From Pseudomonadota bacterium (GTDB lineage Bacteria > Pseudomonadota > Alphaproteobacteria > UBA8366): 64,000 nucleotides of DNA. The position numbers and the translations under genes were made by a program. Location: the NCBI GenBank assembly GCA_036337155.1, contig JAYZET010000004.1:8352-72351 (forward strand), in the 5' to 3' direction. This document shows positions 45,609-55,202 of this stretch, one piece after another (position 1 is the first letter of the stretch; each line of letters opens with the position of its first letter). The notes under the pieces are model-generated. The model was not told where the DNA came from and did not search any database. It was given only the letters and a program-made list of their open reading frames with translations.

Positions 45609-48272
45609 ATGACGACGTCGGCCGACTTTGAATCGAGCTTCTCTGCAGTTGGGGAGGAGTTTCTCTATTACAGTTTGGCACAGGCCGAGACAGCGGGACT
45701 CGGGGAGTATTCAAGACTTCCGAGGTCTCTCAAAGTGTTGGGAGAAAACTTACTGCGCAATTGCGATAAGCCGGCCGTTGCGGAGGAAGACATCCGAGCC
45801 CTCGGCGGTTGGACGTCCGACCCCGAGATGGTGCGCGAAGTGGCCTACCATCCGGTACGCATATTGATGCCCGATATGTCGGGGATACCGCTCTTAGTCG
45901 ACTTATCCGCGATGCGTGACGCGGTGTGGCAGTTCGGAGGTGACCCGACTGCGATCAACCCACGTCTTCCAGTCGACCTTATCATCGATCATTCGGTGAA
46001 CGTCGATTTTAGCGGCCGGCCGGACGCCCTGCAGCGCAACATGGCGCTTGAATATGAGCGTAACGGTGAGCGTTATCGTTTCGTTAAATGGGCGCAGCAG
46101 ACCTACCGTAACATTCGGGTGATACCGCCGGGAATGGGGATCCTCCATCAAGTGAACTTAGAACATATCGGCCAGGTGGTTTGGTCTGATGTGGTCGGCG
46201 ATAGGCGTTGTGCTTTTCCTGATACCATGCTCGGTATGGACAGTCACACGCCAATGATAAACGCGCTTAGTATATTTGGTTGGGGTGTTGGCGGCCTTGA
46301 GGCTGGGGCGGCGATGTTGGGTCAGGCGGTCTCTATGCTTATTCCTAATGTCGTTGGCGTGCGACTGATGGGGGAACTGCCGGATGGGGCCACGACGACC
46401 GATGCCGTGCTCACCGTCACTGAACACCTGCGCGCGCATGGCGTCGTCGGCAAGTTCGTCGAGTATTTTGGTAACGGCCTCGAACATCTGGCGCTGACCG
46501 ACCGCGCGACACTCGCCAACATGTCGCCGGAATATGGCGCGACGATGGGCTTTTTTCCGATCGATGAGCGAACCCTGGAATTCCTCGCGATAACGGGTAG
46601 GCACAAGGATCAGGTGTCGTTAGTGGAAGCTTACGCCAAGGAGCAGGGTTTGTGGTGCGAAATGGAAGACCCGGTCTTCACTGAGACAATTGAGATCGAC
46701 CTTAGCAAGGTCGAACCGTGCATGGCGGGCCCTTACAGGCCGAACCAACGCACACCTTTAGCACAAGTACCAATGAGCTTTAGCGATGCGATGGCGGAGC
46801 TTGGCCGTACACCGAAACAGGCGCCCGTGGTCAAAGCGGGGTACAACCTTCCCGACGGGGCTGTGGTGCTGGCGGCGATCACGAGCTGCACCAATACGTC
46901 GAACCCTGCGGTCATGGTTGGTGCTGGATTGTTGGCCCGGAACGCGGTGCAGAAAGGCCTATTGGTCAAGCCCTGGGTGAAGACTTCGCTCTCTCCTGGC
47001 TCGGCCGTTGTCGCTGACTATCTCGCAAAAGCGGGACTGCAAGAACCGCTCGATGCTCTCGGTTTTCACGTGACGGGTTTCGGCTGCATGAGCTGTGGTG
47101 GACTATCAGGCCCCCTTCCGGAATCGATTGCCAAGGCCATTCACGAAGGCGATCTTATGGTCGGCGCTGTGCTATCTGGCAATCGTAACTTTGAAGGTCG
47201 CGTGCACGCACTCTGCCGTGTGAATTATCTTGCCTCGCCAATGCTGGTCGTCGCCTATGCGCTCGTGGGACATCTCGAATGCGATCTGACAACAGTCGCG
47301 CTCGGTGAGGATATGAATGGAGACCCGGTGCGCCTTGCGGATATCTGGCCTTCGCCGGCTGAGATCGACGCAGCGATCCGGGAAGTGATTTCACCGGCAC
47401 TTTATATTGAACGCTACGCCACGGCTGAGGCTGGAGATGATAACTGGCGGGCTTTGCCGAGCGGTAAGGGTGCACTCTATGCTTGGGAAGATGACAGTAC
47501 CTATATCCGCCGCCCGCCCCTATTTGAGGGCTTTGCGTCGCAACCGACCCCGGTCGATGACATCGTCGGTGCGCGGGCGCTGGTCATGGTTGGCGATATG
47601 ACGACGACCGATCACATTTCTCCGGTCGGCGCTATTCCGACGGATGTGCCGGCTGGTGAATACCTTCAGCACCTTGGTGTCGCGCCAGAGGACTTCAACA
47701 TTTACGGCACGCGGCGCACAAATCACGAGGTTATGATCCGTGGTACTTTCGCCAATATTCGGCTGAAAAACGAGATGGCACCGGGTATCGAAGGTGGTTT
47801 CACGACCCATCAACCCTCGGGCGAAGTGACGACCGTGTATGATGCGGCAATGCGATATGCCGCTGAGGGGACACCGTTGGTGGTAATCGGCGGCGATGCT
47901 TATGGCACCGGTTCCTCGCGCGATTGGGCGGCGAAAGGGACGCGTTTGCTCGGAATACGGGCGGTAATAGCGGAAGGACTTGAGCGAATTCATCGTTCGA
48001 ACTTGATAGGAATGGGCGTGCTACCTCTACAATTCCCGATGGGAGTCGACCGCAACACCTTGGCCCTTGATGGATCGGAAACGTTCGATCTTGGGAACCT
48101 TTCAGCGGGTATTTCAGCGCGGATGACTGTACCCTGCCGTATTACACGTAGAGACAGTTCGGTCACAGAAGTTGGACTGAATTGCCGCCTCGATACTGAT
48201 GTGGAAGTCGAATATTATCGGCACGGCGGTATGTTGCATTATTGTTTGCGGGAAGCGCTCGAAGCGGCTTAA
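45609..48272 (+). CDS. acnA: aconitate hydratase family (AcnA/AcnD-type)
   Basis: 887 aa; MLGMDSHTPMINAL, ITSCTNTSNP, CMSCGG and GTGSSRDWAAKG motifs. Its position next to the PrpB-like gene makes an AcnD (2-methylcitrate dehydratase) role possible. Confidence 0.9.
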   Translation: MTTSADFESSFSAVGEEFLYYSLAQAETAGLGEYSRLPRSLKVLGENLLRNCDKPAVAEEDIRALGGWTSDPEMVREVAYHPVRILMPDMSGIPLLVDLSAMRDAVWQFGGDPTAINPRLPVDLIIDHSVNVDFSGRPDALQRNMALEYERNGERYRFVKWAQQTYRNIRVIPPGMGILHQVNLEHIGQVVWSDVVGDRRCAFPDTMLGMDSHTPMINALSIFGWGVGGLEAGAAMLGQAVSMLIPNVVGVRLMGELPDGATTTDAVLTVTEHLRAHGVVGKFVEYFGNGLEHLALTDRATLANMSPEYGATMGFFPIDERTLEFLAITGRHKDQVSLVEAYAKEQGLWCEMEDPVFTETIEIDLSKVEPCMAGPYRPNQRTPLAQVPMSFSDAMAELGRTPKQAPVVKAGYNLPDGAVVLAAITSCTNTSNPAVMVGAGLLARNAVQKGLLVKPWVKTSLSPGSAVVADYLAKAGLQEPLDALGFHVTGFGCMSCGGLSGPLPESIAKAIHEGDLMVGAVLSGNRNFEGRVHALCRVNYLASPMLVVAYALVGHLECDLTTVALGEDMNGDPVRLADIWPSPAEIDAAIREVISPALYIERYATAEAGDDNWRALPSGKGALYAWEDDSTYIRRPPLFEGFASQPTPVDDIVGARALVMVGDMTTTDHISPVGAIPTDVPAGEYLQHLGVAPEDFNIYGTRRTNHEVMIRGTFANIRLKNEMAPGIEGGFTTHQPSGEVTTVYDAAMRYAAEGTPLVVIGGDAYGTGSSRDWAAKGTRLLGIRAVIAEGLERIHRSNLIGMGVLPLQFPMGVDRNTLALDGSETFDLGNLSAGISARMTVPCRITRRDSSVTEVGLNCRLDTDVEVEYYRHGGMLHYCLREALEAA

Positions 48273-48283
48273 TTATCGCCTTC

Positions 48284-48922
48284 ATGGAGCCCACCATAGA
48301 CATCCCGGATGGCCTGCGTTCCGAGCCATGGAGTTGCGAACGCCGGCGCGCCCATATGGAAGCGATCATCGCTCAGGCTCCTGCGCCGGATGAAATCTGG
48401 GTTTTCGGCTATGGCTCGCTGATTTGGGATCCGCGCTTCTGTCCACTTGAGACGCGCTTCGCCCGCTTAGATGGTCATAACAGGTCTTTCTGCTTTTGGA
48501 CAACGATGGGACGCGGGACACCGGAGAAGCCAGGCCTCGGCCTCGGCGTGGTCCCGTGCGATGGATCGGTCGAGGGCCTAGTTTATCGGCTCGATCCGGA
48601 GGGGTTGGACGAGGTGCTGGAAGCCCTATGGCTGCGCGAAATGCGCGCCGGCGTCTATCACGCGGAATGGAAAAAAATGCGTACATCTGATGGAGACGTA
48701 CATGCGATCGTGTACATCGCCAATGATGGGCATCCTAATTTTGTCGGTGATTTACCGTTTGAAGAGCAAGCCCGGATAATGGCGCGTGCCAAGGGAACTC
48801 GGGGCTGGAGCTATGAATATCTCGGCCATCTCGTAAAGGAATTTGAACGGCTCGGCATCGACGATCCGTATCACACGGCGCTCTACAAGCGTATCATGGA
48901 AATCGTTTCTGTACGTGAGTGA
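48284..48922 (+). CDS. ChaC-family gamma-glutamylcyclotransferase
   Basis: The VFGYGSLIWDP motif is diagnostic. ATG 48284 lies after the aconitase stop. Confidence 0.85.
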   Translation: MEPTIDIPDGLRSEPWSCERRRAHMEAIIAQAPAPDEIWVFGYGSLIWDPRFCPLETRFARLDGHNRSFCFWTTMGRGTPEKPGLGLGVVPCDGSVEGLVYRLDPEGLDEVLEALWLREMRAGVYHAEWKKMRTSDGDVHAIVYIANDGHPNFVGDLPFEEQARIMARAKGTRGWSYEYLGHLVKEFERLGIDDPYHTALYKRIMEIVSVRE

Positions 48923-48946
48923 ACGTGCGATTTTTACGCTTGTACG

Positions 48947-49777
48947 TTAATTTTCTGTCATCTTTGGTAACACTTCAGCCGACCCTTTTGACGGAAGATC
49001 GGTGATCAGCATATGGGCTGGGAAATGCGTGATGCAGATTTCCGGTTTGGCGTTGGTTACAACCACTTGCGGGGTGATTCCGCAGGCCCAAAACACCGGT
49101 ACTTCACCCTCTTCGATCGCCGGCGGATCGCCGTAGTCAGGCTTCGTAATGTCCTTAATGCCAATTTCGGTGGGATCTCCGAAATGCACCGGCGCGCCGT
49201 GGGTTAGGGGGAACCGGCTGGTTACTTCGACCGCGCGAATTGCGTCTGCCGGCTTGAAGGGTCGCATCGAGCATACCATGCCGCCTTCGAAGGGACCGGA
49301 CTTGGTCGTTGCGATGTTGGTATTGTAAGCGGGTACTGCACAGCCAAGGTCGAGATGTCGTAGCGGCAATCCGGCGGAGACTAGTGCTTCCTCGAAGGAG
49401 TAAGAGCATCCGAGTACGAAGGCGACGTAATCATTCCGCCAATAATCTGATATGTCAGTAACGGCCTCGATAAATACGCCGTCGCGAAACACCCGGTATT
49501 TTGAGATATCGGTGCGCAGATCAAAATCGAGAGCTAGGGTAGGTAGTTCCGTCGATCCGACTTCCGAGATCGCAATTACCGGGCACGGTTTTGGGTTACG
49601 TTGGCAGAAGGTCGCGAAATCAAGGGCGTATTTTTCTGGAAGGATGGCTAGGTTGCCTTGGATATATCCCATCGCCAAGCCCGTTGTATCTTTGGTGAAG
49701 TGTCCGGCGCGGATCAGCCTTCGGACCTCTCGCGGAGACAGTTGCCGCACTTCTTGCAGACCCTGCATGTCGTTCAT
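48947..49777 (-). CDS. DUF1445/UPF0317 putative hydro-lyase (D-glutamate cyclase-like)
   Basis: [32 protein letters not shown] and [12 protein letters not shown] resemble the family N-terminal signature. Confidence 0.8.
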   Translation of the reverse strand: MNDMQGLQEVRQLSPREVRRLIRAGHFTKDTTGLAMGYIQGNLAILPEKYALDFATFCQRNPKPCPVIAISEVGSTELPTLALDFDLRTDISKYRVFRDGVFIEAVTDISDYWRNDYVAFVLGCSYSFEEALVSAGLPLRHLDLGCAVPAYNTNIATTKSGPFEGGMVCSMRPFKPADAIRAVEVTSRFPLTHGAPVHFGDPTEIGIKDITKPDYGDPPAIEEGEVPVFWACGITPQVVVTNAKPEICITHFPAHMLITDLPSKGSAEVLPKMTEN

Positions 49778-49921
49778 CTCGAACCTCCCGTAGCATTGTT
49801 AAAGCGCTATTTTCCGCTCAATCGTGCCCAAAGTCCACTAGAGGGCTGACGAGATAGTGAACCGGCCCGCTTGTTCCTGTCCGGTAGACGCGCCAAACTC
49901 ACGCGCTATGAAGTGGATGAT

Positions 49922-50686
49922 ATGTCTTGGCGCTCTGGTAACCTTATTGCTCGTGGGGCCTCTGGTTGTTCTGGGAGAGAGTTTGTAGTGGGAAAAGTTT
50001 GGTGGGAAGCCTCTCGCGATTCTGCTGGTCTGGCGCCTGATCCTGAAGTTGTGCACGAAGCCGTGGTGCAGGTCTACGCGGCACGTGCTTTTAGTTGGCG
50101 GGGCGCCTTCGGCGTGCATACCTGGATTTCGGTCAAGCCGACCGGTGCCCGGCATTTTACTGTATACCATGTCGTCGGTTGGCGGCTGTATCGTGGCGGT
50201 GACGCGGTTGTAATTGAACGCGATATTCCCGACCGGCATTGGTATGACGCAGTGCCAGAGGTTTTGGCCGATATTCGCGGTTCAGGTGTCGACCTAGTGA
50301 TCGATAAGATCGACACGGCCGCGCGAAGTTATCCGCATGGCGATCGCTATACAGTTTGGCCGGGACCCAACAGTAACACCTTTGTCGCTTGGATTGCGCG
50401 CCGTGTGCCTGACTTGAAGTTGGACCTGCCGCCAACAGCGATCGGCAAAGATTGGCTGGGTCCAGATGGACCGGTTGCACCGACGCCGAGTGGCACTGGC
50501 TACCAATTATCACTTTTTGGTCTCGTGGGCGTGCTGGTTGGAAGGGAGGAAGGGTTTGAGGTCAATCTAGCCGGATTAAATTTCGGACTCGATCCACTCG
50601 ATCTGGCGGTCCGCCTACCAGGTATTGGGAGGTTAGCTCTCGGGCCCGGTAATGGACCTCGAAAGATCTCTAGCGGGAGTGAATAA
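49922..50686 (+). CDS. DUF3750-like protein
   Basis: The HTWISVK ... YTVWPGPNSNTFVAWIARRV block resembles DUF3750. The start is uncertain (TTG 49871, GTG 49913 or ATG 49922). Confidence 0.6.
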   Translation: MSWRSGNLIARGASGCSGREFVVGKVWWEASRDSAGLAPDPEVVHEAVVQVYAARAFSWRGAFGVHTWISVKPTGARHFTVYHVVGWRLYRGGDAVVIERDIPDRHWYDAVPEVLADIRGSGVDLVIDKIDTAARSYPHGDRYTVWPGPNSNTFVAWIARRVPDLKLDLPPTAIGKDWLGPDGPVAPTPSGTGYQLSLFGLVGVLVGREEGFEVNLAGLNFGLDPLDLAVRLPGIGRLALGPGNGPRKISSGSE

Positions 50687-50687
50687 C

Positions 50688-51419
50688 ATGGCGAGTGTTT
50701 GGGGCAAGATCATCGGTGGTGTTGGAGGACTGGCTCTGGGCGGGCCTATCGGTGCTCTAATAGGTGCGGTTGCCGGCCATATGGTGGATAAGGCGCGGGT
50801 CCCGTCCGCCCAGCCTGACGATGCCACCAAATCGATCGCCTTCACGATCGCGACGATAGCGCTCGGGGCTAAGATGGCTAAGGCCGATGGTGTCGTCACA
50901 CGTGAAGAAGTTAACGCCTTTAAACAGGTCTTCCGGATTCCGGCCGAGGAGACCGCTAATGTTGCTCGCGTATTTGATCGTGCCCGCAGGGATCATCGCG
51001 GCTATGAGCCCTATGCCCGCCAGATCGCTGGTATGTTTGCTGACAATCCGGGGGTGCTGGAAGAACTTCTCTATTGTCTAACTCGGATCGCCCGTGCCGA
51101 TGGCGTTATACATCCCGAAGAGGAGAATTACTTGCGTTCCGTTGCAGAAATTTTTGGTCTGGACGCCCACGTTTTTGAGCGGATAACTGAGATTGCCGAA
51201 AAGGCCAACCATTCGGACCCTTACAGAGTGCTTGGTGTTGACACGGAAATTTCCAATGATGGTCTTAAGTTGGCCTATCGAGCACTTGTGCGCGAGAATC
51301 ATCCGGACAAGCTAATTGCGGACGGCATGCCAGAAGAATTAGTCGAATTAGCCAACGAAAAACTTGCTGCGATCAACGACGCTTATGACCGGGTGGCTGC
51401 GTCGCGCGGTCTGAATTAG
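50688..51419 (+). CDS. djlA: co-chaperone DjlA (TerB-like domain + C-terminal J domain)
   Basis: Gly-rich TM N-terminus (WGKIIGGVGGLALGGPIGALIGAVAG), TerB-like middle, C-terminal J domain (DPYRVLGV...LVRENHPDK). Confidence 0.85.
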   Translation: MASVWGKIIGGVGGLALGGPIGALIGAVAGHMVDKARVPSAQPDDATKSIAFTIATIALGAKMAKADGVVTREEVNAFKQVFRIPAEETANVARVFDRARRDHRGYEPYARQIAGMFADNPGVLEELLYCLTRIARADGVIHPEEENYLRSVAEIFGLDAHVFERITEIAEKANHSDPYRVLGVDTEISNDGLKLAYRALVRENHPDKLIADGMPEELVELANEKLAAINDAYDRVAASRGLN

Positions 51420-51422
51420 GTA

Positions 51423-52136
51423 GTGTCGGAAGTGTATTCCATCATCGAGCGCCAGTCGCCCAATTTCGATGCGCGCGAACCAAACACGTCGGTGGATATG
51501 CTCGTGCTGCATTATACCGGGATGCTGAGTGGCGAAGAGGCCTTAGCCCGGCTGACAGATTTTGAGCATCAGGTAAGTGCTCATTATCTGATCGAAGAGG
51601 ACGGTCGGGTCTACCGCCTCGTGGATGAGAAATATCGAGCTTGGCACGCAGGTGTCTCCTATTGGCGTGGTCATCGCAACATTAATGCGCGGTCCGTCGG
51701 CATCGAGATGGTCAACCCGGGCCACGAGTACGGTTACCGCCCTTTTCCAGCGGTTCAGATGTCTGCACTCGAAGCGTTGGCACTCGACATCCTGTCACGT
51801 CATCCAATTCCTGCCCGCAACGTTGTCGGACATTCTGATGTCGCACCGATGCGGAAGGAGGACCCCGGTGAGTTTTTTGATTGGCGAGGTCTCGCCGCAA
51901 AGGGTATTGGACTTTGGCCGAAGCGAGCGGTTCGCAGGTCTGCTAATGTAATCGATGCGCTTGCTTTGATTGGTTACGACACAACGGACTATGCCCGCGC
52001 TCTGGCTGCTTTTCAGCGTCACTTTCGCCCGGCGGAAATCCACGGTGTCGCCGATGCGGATACCCTCCACTGGCTTCAGGGTGTGGTAGATTCGTGTGAA
52101 TCCGCGCTGCCCGTCAACTCAAAGTGTTGTCAATAA
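51423..52136 (+). CDS. N-acetylmuramoyl-L-alanine amidase (Amidase_2/AmpD-like) with C-terminal peptidoglycan-binding-like repeat
   Basis: LVLHYTG, AWHAG, SVGIE and VVGHSDVAP motifs. The C-terminus (ALAAFQRHFRP..GVADADTL) resembles a PG_binding_1 domain. Confidence 0.85.
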   Translation: MSEVYSIIERQSPNFDAREPNTSVDMLVLHYTGMLSGEEALARLTDFEHQVSAHYLIEEDGRVYRLVDEKYRAWHAGVSYWRGHRNINARSVGIEMVNPGHEYGYRPFPAVQMSALEALALDILSRHPIPARNVVGHSDVAPMRKEDPGEFFDWRGLAAKGIGLWPKRAVRRSANVIDALALIGYDTTDYARALAAFQRHFRPAEIHGVADADTLHWLQGVVDSCESALPVNSKCCQ

Positions 52137-52207
52137 AATAGCTGCTGCGCTTTGATGGATTTTTGAGATTAATGGTTGTTGTCCATTGTCGCAGTTCGCA
52201 AATATTT

Positions 52208-52235
52208 TTGAAGGTAGCCGTTTAGGTTCTATAAT
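52208..52235 (+). promoter_or_regulatory. sigma70-like promoter for rnpB
   Basis: TTGAAG (52208..52213), a 16-nt spacer, then TATAAT (52230..52235). The predicted P1 5' strand starts about 10 nt downstream. Confidence 0.45.
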
Positions 52236-52245
52236 AATGTTGCGT

Positions 52246-52645
<400 letters not shown>

Positions 52646-52908
52646 GCGCTATTCTTGTTTTCTGTTCGAAATAAAATTGGCGTGCCAAGACGCGCTAAAA
52701 TTGCCCATTACGACGAGAAAGGATTTAAAAACAAAAATAGAACATAAAGAAAACATTAGGGGGTTTTTTATTTTAAGAATTCATTGAAGCACTAAACCTG
52801 GTGTTTCCAAGTGAATACAGCACAATTTTTTGATTACTTGGAGAGAACATGTATTAGTGTAATTTTATCATCTCTATTATTATTTGTTTGTATTGACTTT
52901 CCATTTAA

Positions 52909-52933
52909 TCCCATGATATCCCATGCTGTCCCA
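52909..52933. promoter_or_regulatory. three direct TCCCA (complement TGGGA) boxes at exact 10-bp spacing upstream of mraZ; candidate MraZ operator
   Basis: TCCCAtgataTCCCAtgctgTCCCA at 52909, 52919 and 52929, about 70-95 nt upstream of the mraZ ATG. A TTGACT -35-like hexamer lies at 52893..52898. Confidence 0.45.
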
Positions 52934-53003
52934 GAAAAATACAATGCGGGAAACCGTTTGAAATCTAGGGGCAAGATTAAATGGGAAACACGGGAATACG
53001 CTA

Positions 53004-53459
53004 ATGGCGTTGTTCGCCGGCACATATGAGAACCGGATTGACCGTAAAGGGCGCGTCTCCTTGCCGGCAGATTTTCGTGCCGAGTTACCTACTGAAGGTA
53101 CGCGTGTTGTGTACGTTTATCCTTCTCCCCGCGGAGGCGCGCTCGAGGCGTGCGATCGGCCCTTTATGCAGCGTATGGCCGACAGCTTGGAACAATTTGA
53201 TATGTTCTCCGACGAGGAGGACGAATTGGCTTCGATCATTGTTTCCGAAGCGCGCCGCGTCTCAATCGACGGTGAAGGACGCATCGTGCTGCCACCTGAA
53301 TTGATTGAACTTGCCGGGGTCGATGAGCGAGTAACGTTCGTTGGGCGTGGTGCTCGCTTCCAAATCTGGGATCCTGCCACCTTTGCGGAGAAGGCCGCCG
53401 AGGCGCGCGAGCGTGCAAAGGGTAGGACCATGCGTCTACTCCCGCAGGAGGGGAGTTAA
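53004..53459 (+). CDS. mraZ: transcriptional regulator MraZ
   Basis: Two SpoVT/AbrB-like halves with DRKGRVSLP and DGEGRIVLP motifs. It is the first gene of the dcw cluster. Confidence 0.95.
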   Translation: MALFAGTYENRIDRKGRVSLPADFRAELPTEGTRVVYVYPSPRGGALEACDRPFMQRMADSLEQFDMFSDEEDELASIIVSEARRVSIDGEGRIVLPPELIELAGVDERVTFVGRGARFQIWDPATFAEKAAEARERAKGRTMRLLPQEGS

Positions 53460-54442
53460 TGACCCAGCACACTATCTCGGCTACCGCACATGTACCGGTG
53501 TTGCTCAGTGAGGTATTAATCGCCCTTTCGCCGCACGATGGTGGCGTCTATGTGGACGGTACCTTCGGTGCGGGAGGTTATACTCGTGCCGTATTGGACG
53601 CCGCCGATACTAAAGTCTGGGCAATCGACCGTGATCCAGATGCGATCCGCCGCGGTTATGCACTCCGCATGGAGTGGGGCGATAGATTGACCATGCTGCA
53701 GGGCCGCTTCGGTGAAATGGCTCAGCTGCTGCGGACCGCTGACGTAAATCGTATCGACGGGGTAGTGCTCGATCTCGGCGTCTCCTCCTCGCAGCTAGAC
53801 GATGCGGAGCGCGGCTTCTCGTTCCGTTTGGACGGCCCGCTCGACATGCGCATGGAAAAGGCAGGGCCGAGCGCAGCCGATGTTGTGAATTCGTTAGACG
53901 AGGAGGAACTTGCGCGGCTGCTTCGTGAATTTGGCGAGGAAAAGCGCGCCCGCCAGGTTGCTCGCTCCATTGTCAAAGCGCGCGCCCAACGCCCTATCAC
54001 GCGGACCTCTGAGCTTGCCGAAATTGTTTGCCGAGCGGTTCCGCAAGGCCGCTCGCGGATTAATCCTGCGACCCGCACGTTTATGGCTCTTCGTATTCGA
54101 GTGAACAATGAATTAGGCGAACTCGAATCCTTACTCTGCGCAGCCGAAGAGATGCTCGCGCCCGGCGGTCGGCTCGTCGTCGTCTCATTTCATTCACTGG
54201 AGGATCGCCGAGTTAAAAATTTCATGCAGGAACGGGGTGGCGCGTTACCCGCGGGTTCGCGCCATTTGCCTCCAGTCATAACGCGCCACGCACCAAGTTT
54301 TCGCTTGCTGCGTCGTGGAGCGGTCAAGCCATGCGACGCAGAGGCTAAATTGAATCCACGCGCTCGTTCAGCCCGCCTAAGAGTTGCCGAACGGACAAAA
54401 GCCGCTGCCTGGCCGAAAGACGAGGAGCACGTGGCATTATGA
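53459..54442 (+). CDS. rsmH: 16S rRNA (cytosine1402-N4)-methyltransferase RsmH
   Basis: HVPVLL, DGTFGAGGYT, DLGVSSSQLD and SFHSLEDR motifs. TAATG overlap with mraZ. Confidence 0.95.
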   Translation: MTQHTISATAHVPVLLSEVLIALSPHDGGVYVDGTFGAGGYTRAVLDAADTKVWAIDRDPDAIRRGYALRMEWGDRLTMLQGRFGEMAQLLRTADVNRIDGVVLDLGVSSSQLDDAERGFSFRLDGPLDMRMEKAGPSAADVVNSLDEEELARLLREFGEEKRARQVARSIVKARAQRPITRTSELAEIVCRAVPQGRSRINPATRTFMALRIRVNNELGELESLLCAAEEMLAPGGRLVVVSFHSLEDRRVKNFMQERGGALPAGSRHLPPVITRHAPSFRLLRRGAVKPCDAEAKLNPRARSARLRVAERTKAAAWPKDEEHVAL

Positions 54443-55007
54443 GGATAGTCTTAATCGCGGCGGGGGCTGTGCTCACTGCAGGCTCGCTAGGTGCGATGTT
54501 CTATATCACCTTCGCAGTGGAGCAACTCGAGGCGCGGCCGCACGATCTCAGCCGTGAGATCGCAGGCGAAAAGGAAACAAACCGCGTGTTGAAGCAAGAA
54601 AATGGTTACCTCAACATGCAGGAACGAGGGGGCACGTTACCTGCGGGGTCGCGCTATTTACCGCCGGTCATGACGCTTAATGTGCCGACATTTCGACTGC
54701 TACGCCATAACTTAATTCAGCCGCGTAACGTTGAGGGCGAACTTAATTTAGGCGCATATGTGGTACGACCATTTGCTACGGAACGCCCATTGGCGGTTAC
54801 CTGGCCGGTAGAGAAGGCTCAAGTGACATGATGAGGATCGTCTTCATTGCGGTTTGGGTAACGCTTGCCGCAGGTGCTCTAGGCGCGATGTTTCACATTA
54901 CCTTCGAGGTTGAGCAGCTCGAGGCCCGTCTGCACAAGCTTAATCGCGAGATAGTGCGTGAACAGGAAACGAAACACGTATTGCAGGCGGAATGGAGTTA
55001 TTTCAAC
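54224..55007 (+). repeat. diverged tandem duplication (2 x 392 bp) spanning the rsmH 3' end and the ftsL 5' end
   Basis: Unit A is 54224..54615 and unit B is 54616..55007. Both contain ATGCAGGAACG..., the stop/start ATGA junction and an MRIV... start. My manual alignment gives 23/30 identical residues at the start of the RsmH-like part and 37/59 in the FtsL-like part. Confidence 0.85.
54439..54831 (+). CDS. chimeric ORF: FtsL-like N-terminus (TM + coiled coil) fused in frame to a copy of the RsmH C-terminus
   Basis: aa 1-59 (MRIVLIAAGAVLTAGSLGAMFYITFAVEQLEAR...) parallel FtsL. aa 60-130 (MQERGGTLPAGSRYLPPVMT..FRLLR...) parallel RsmH residues MQERGGALPAGSRHLPPVIT..FRLLR. Intact 130-codon frame with ATGA overlaps at both ends. 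Confidence 0.6.
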   Translation: MRIVLIAAGAVLTAGSLGAMFYITFAVEQLEARPHDLSREIAGEKETNRVLKQENGYLNMQERGGTLPAGSRYLPPVMTLNVPTFRLLRHNLIQPRNVEGELNLGAYVVRPFATERPLAVTWPVEKAQVT

Positions 55008-55202
55008 CGACCGCAGCGCTTGCAGGCGTTGACTCGCGAGTTGTTGCCAAACCTCATACCGATCGAAACTGATCAATTTGTCACTTTCGAGCGGCTCCCG
55101 AAGCGTGGCACGGATCCAATTTCAGCCAAGGACGCGCTATTCGCCTCTCCGGCCTATTATGTTCCTCCTTCAAAGAGCTCAGGAGTAAGGAGGACCCAAT
55201 GA
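54828..55202 (+). CDS. ftsL: cell division protein FtsL (alphaproteobacterial type)
   Basis: Single N-terminal TM, a coiled-coil LEARLHKLNREIVREQETKHVLQAEW, then FNRPQRLQALTRELL typical of alpha FtsL. It sits between rsmH and ftsI. Confidence 0.8.
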   Translation: MMRIVFIAVWVTLAAGALGAMFHITFEVEQLEARLHKLNREIVREQETKHVLQAEWSYFNRPQRLQALTRELLPNLIPIETDQFVTFERLPKRGTDPISAKDALFASPAYYVPPSKSSGVRRTQ

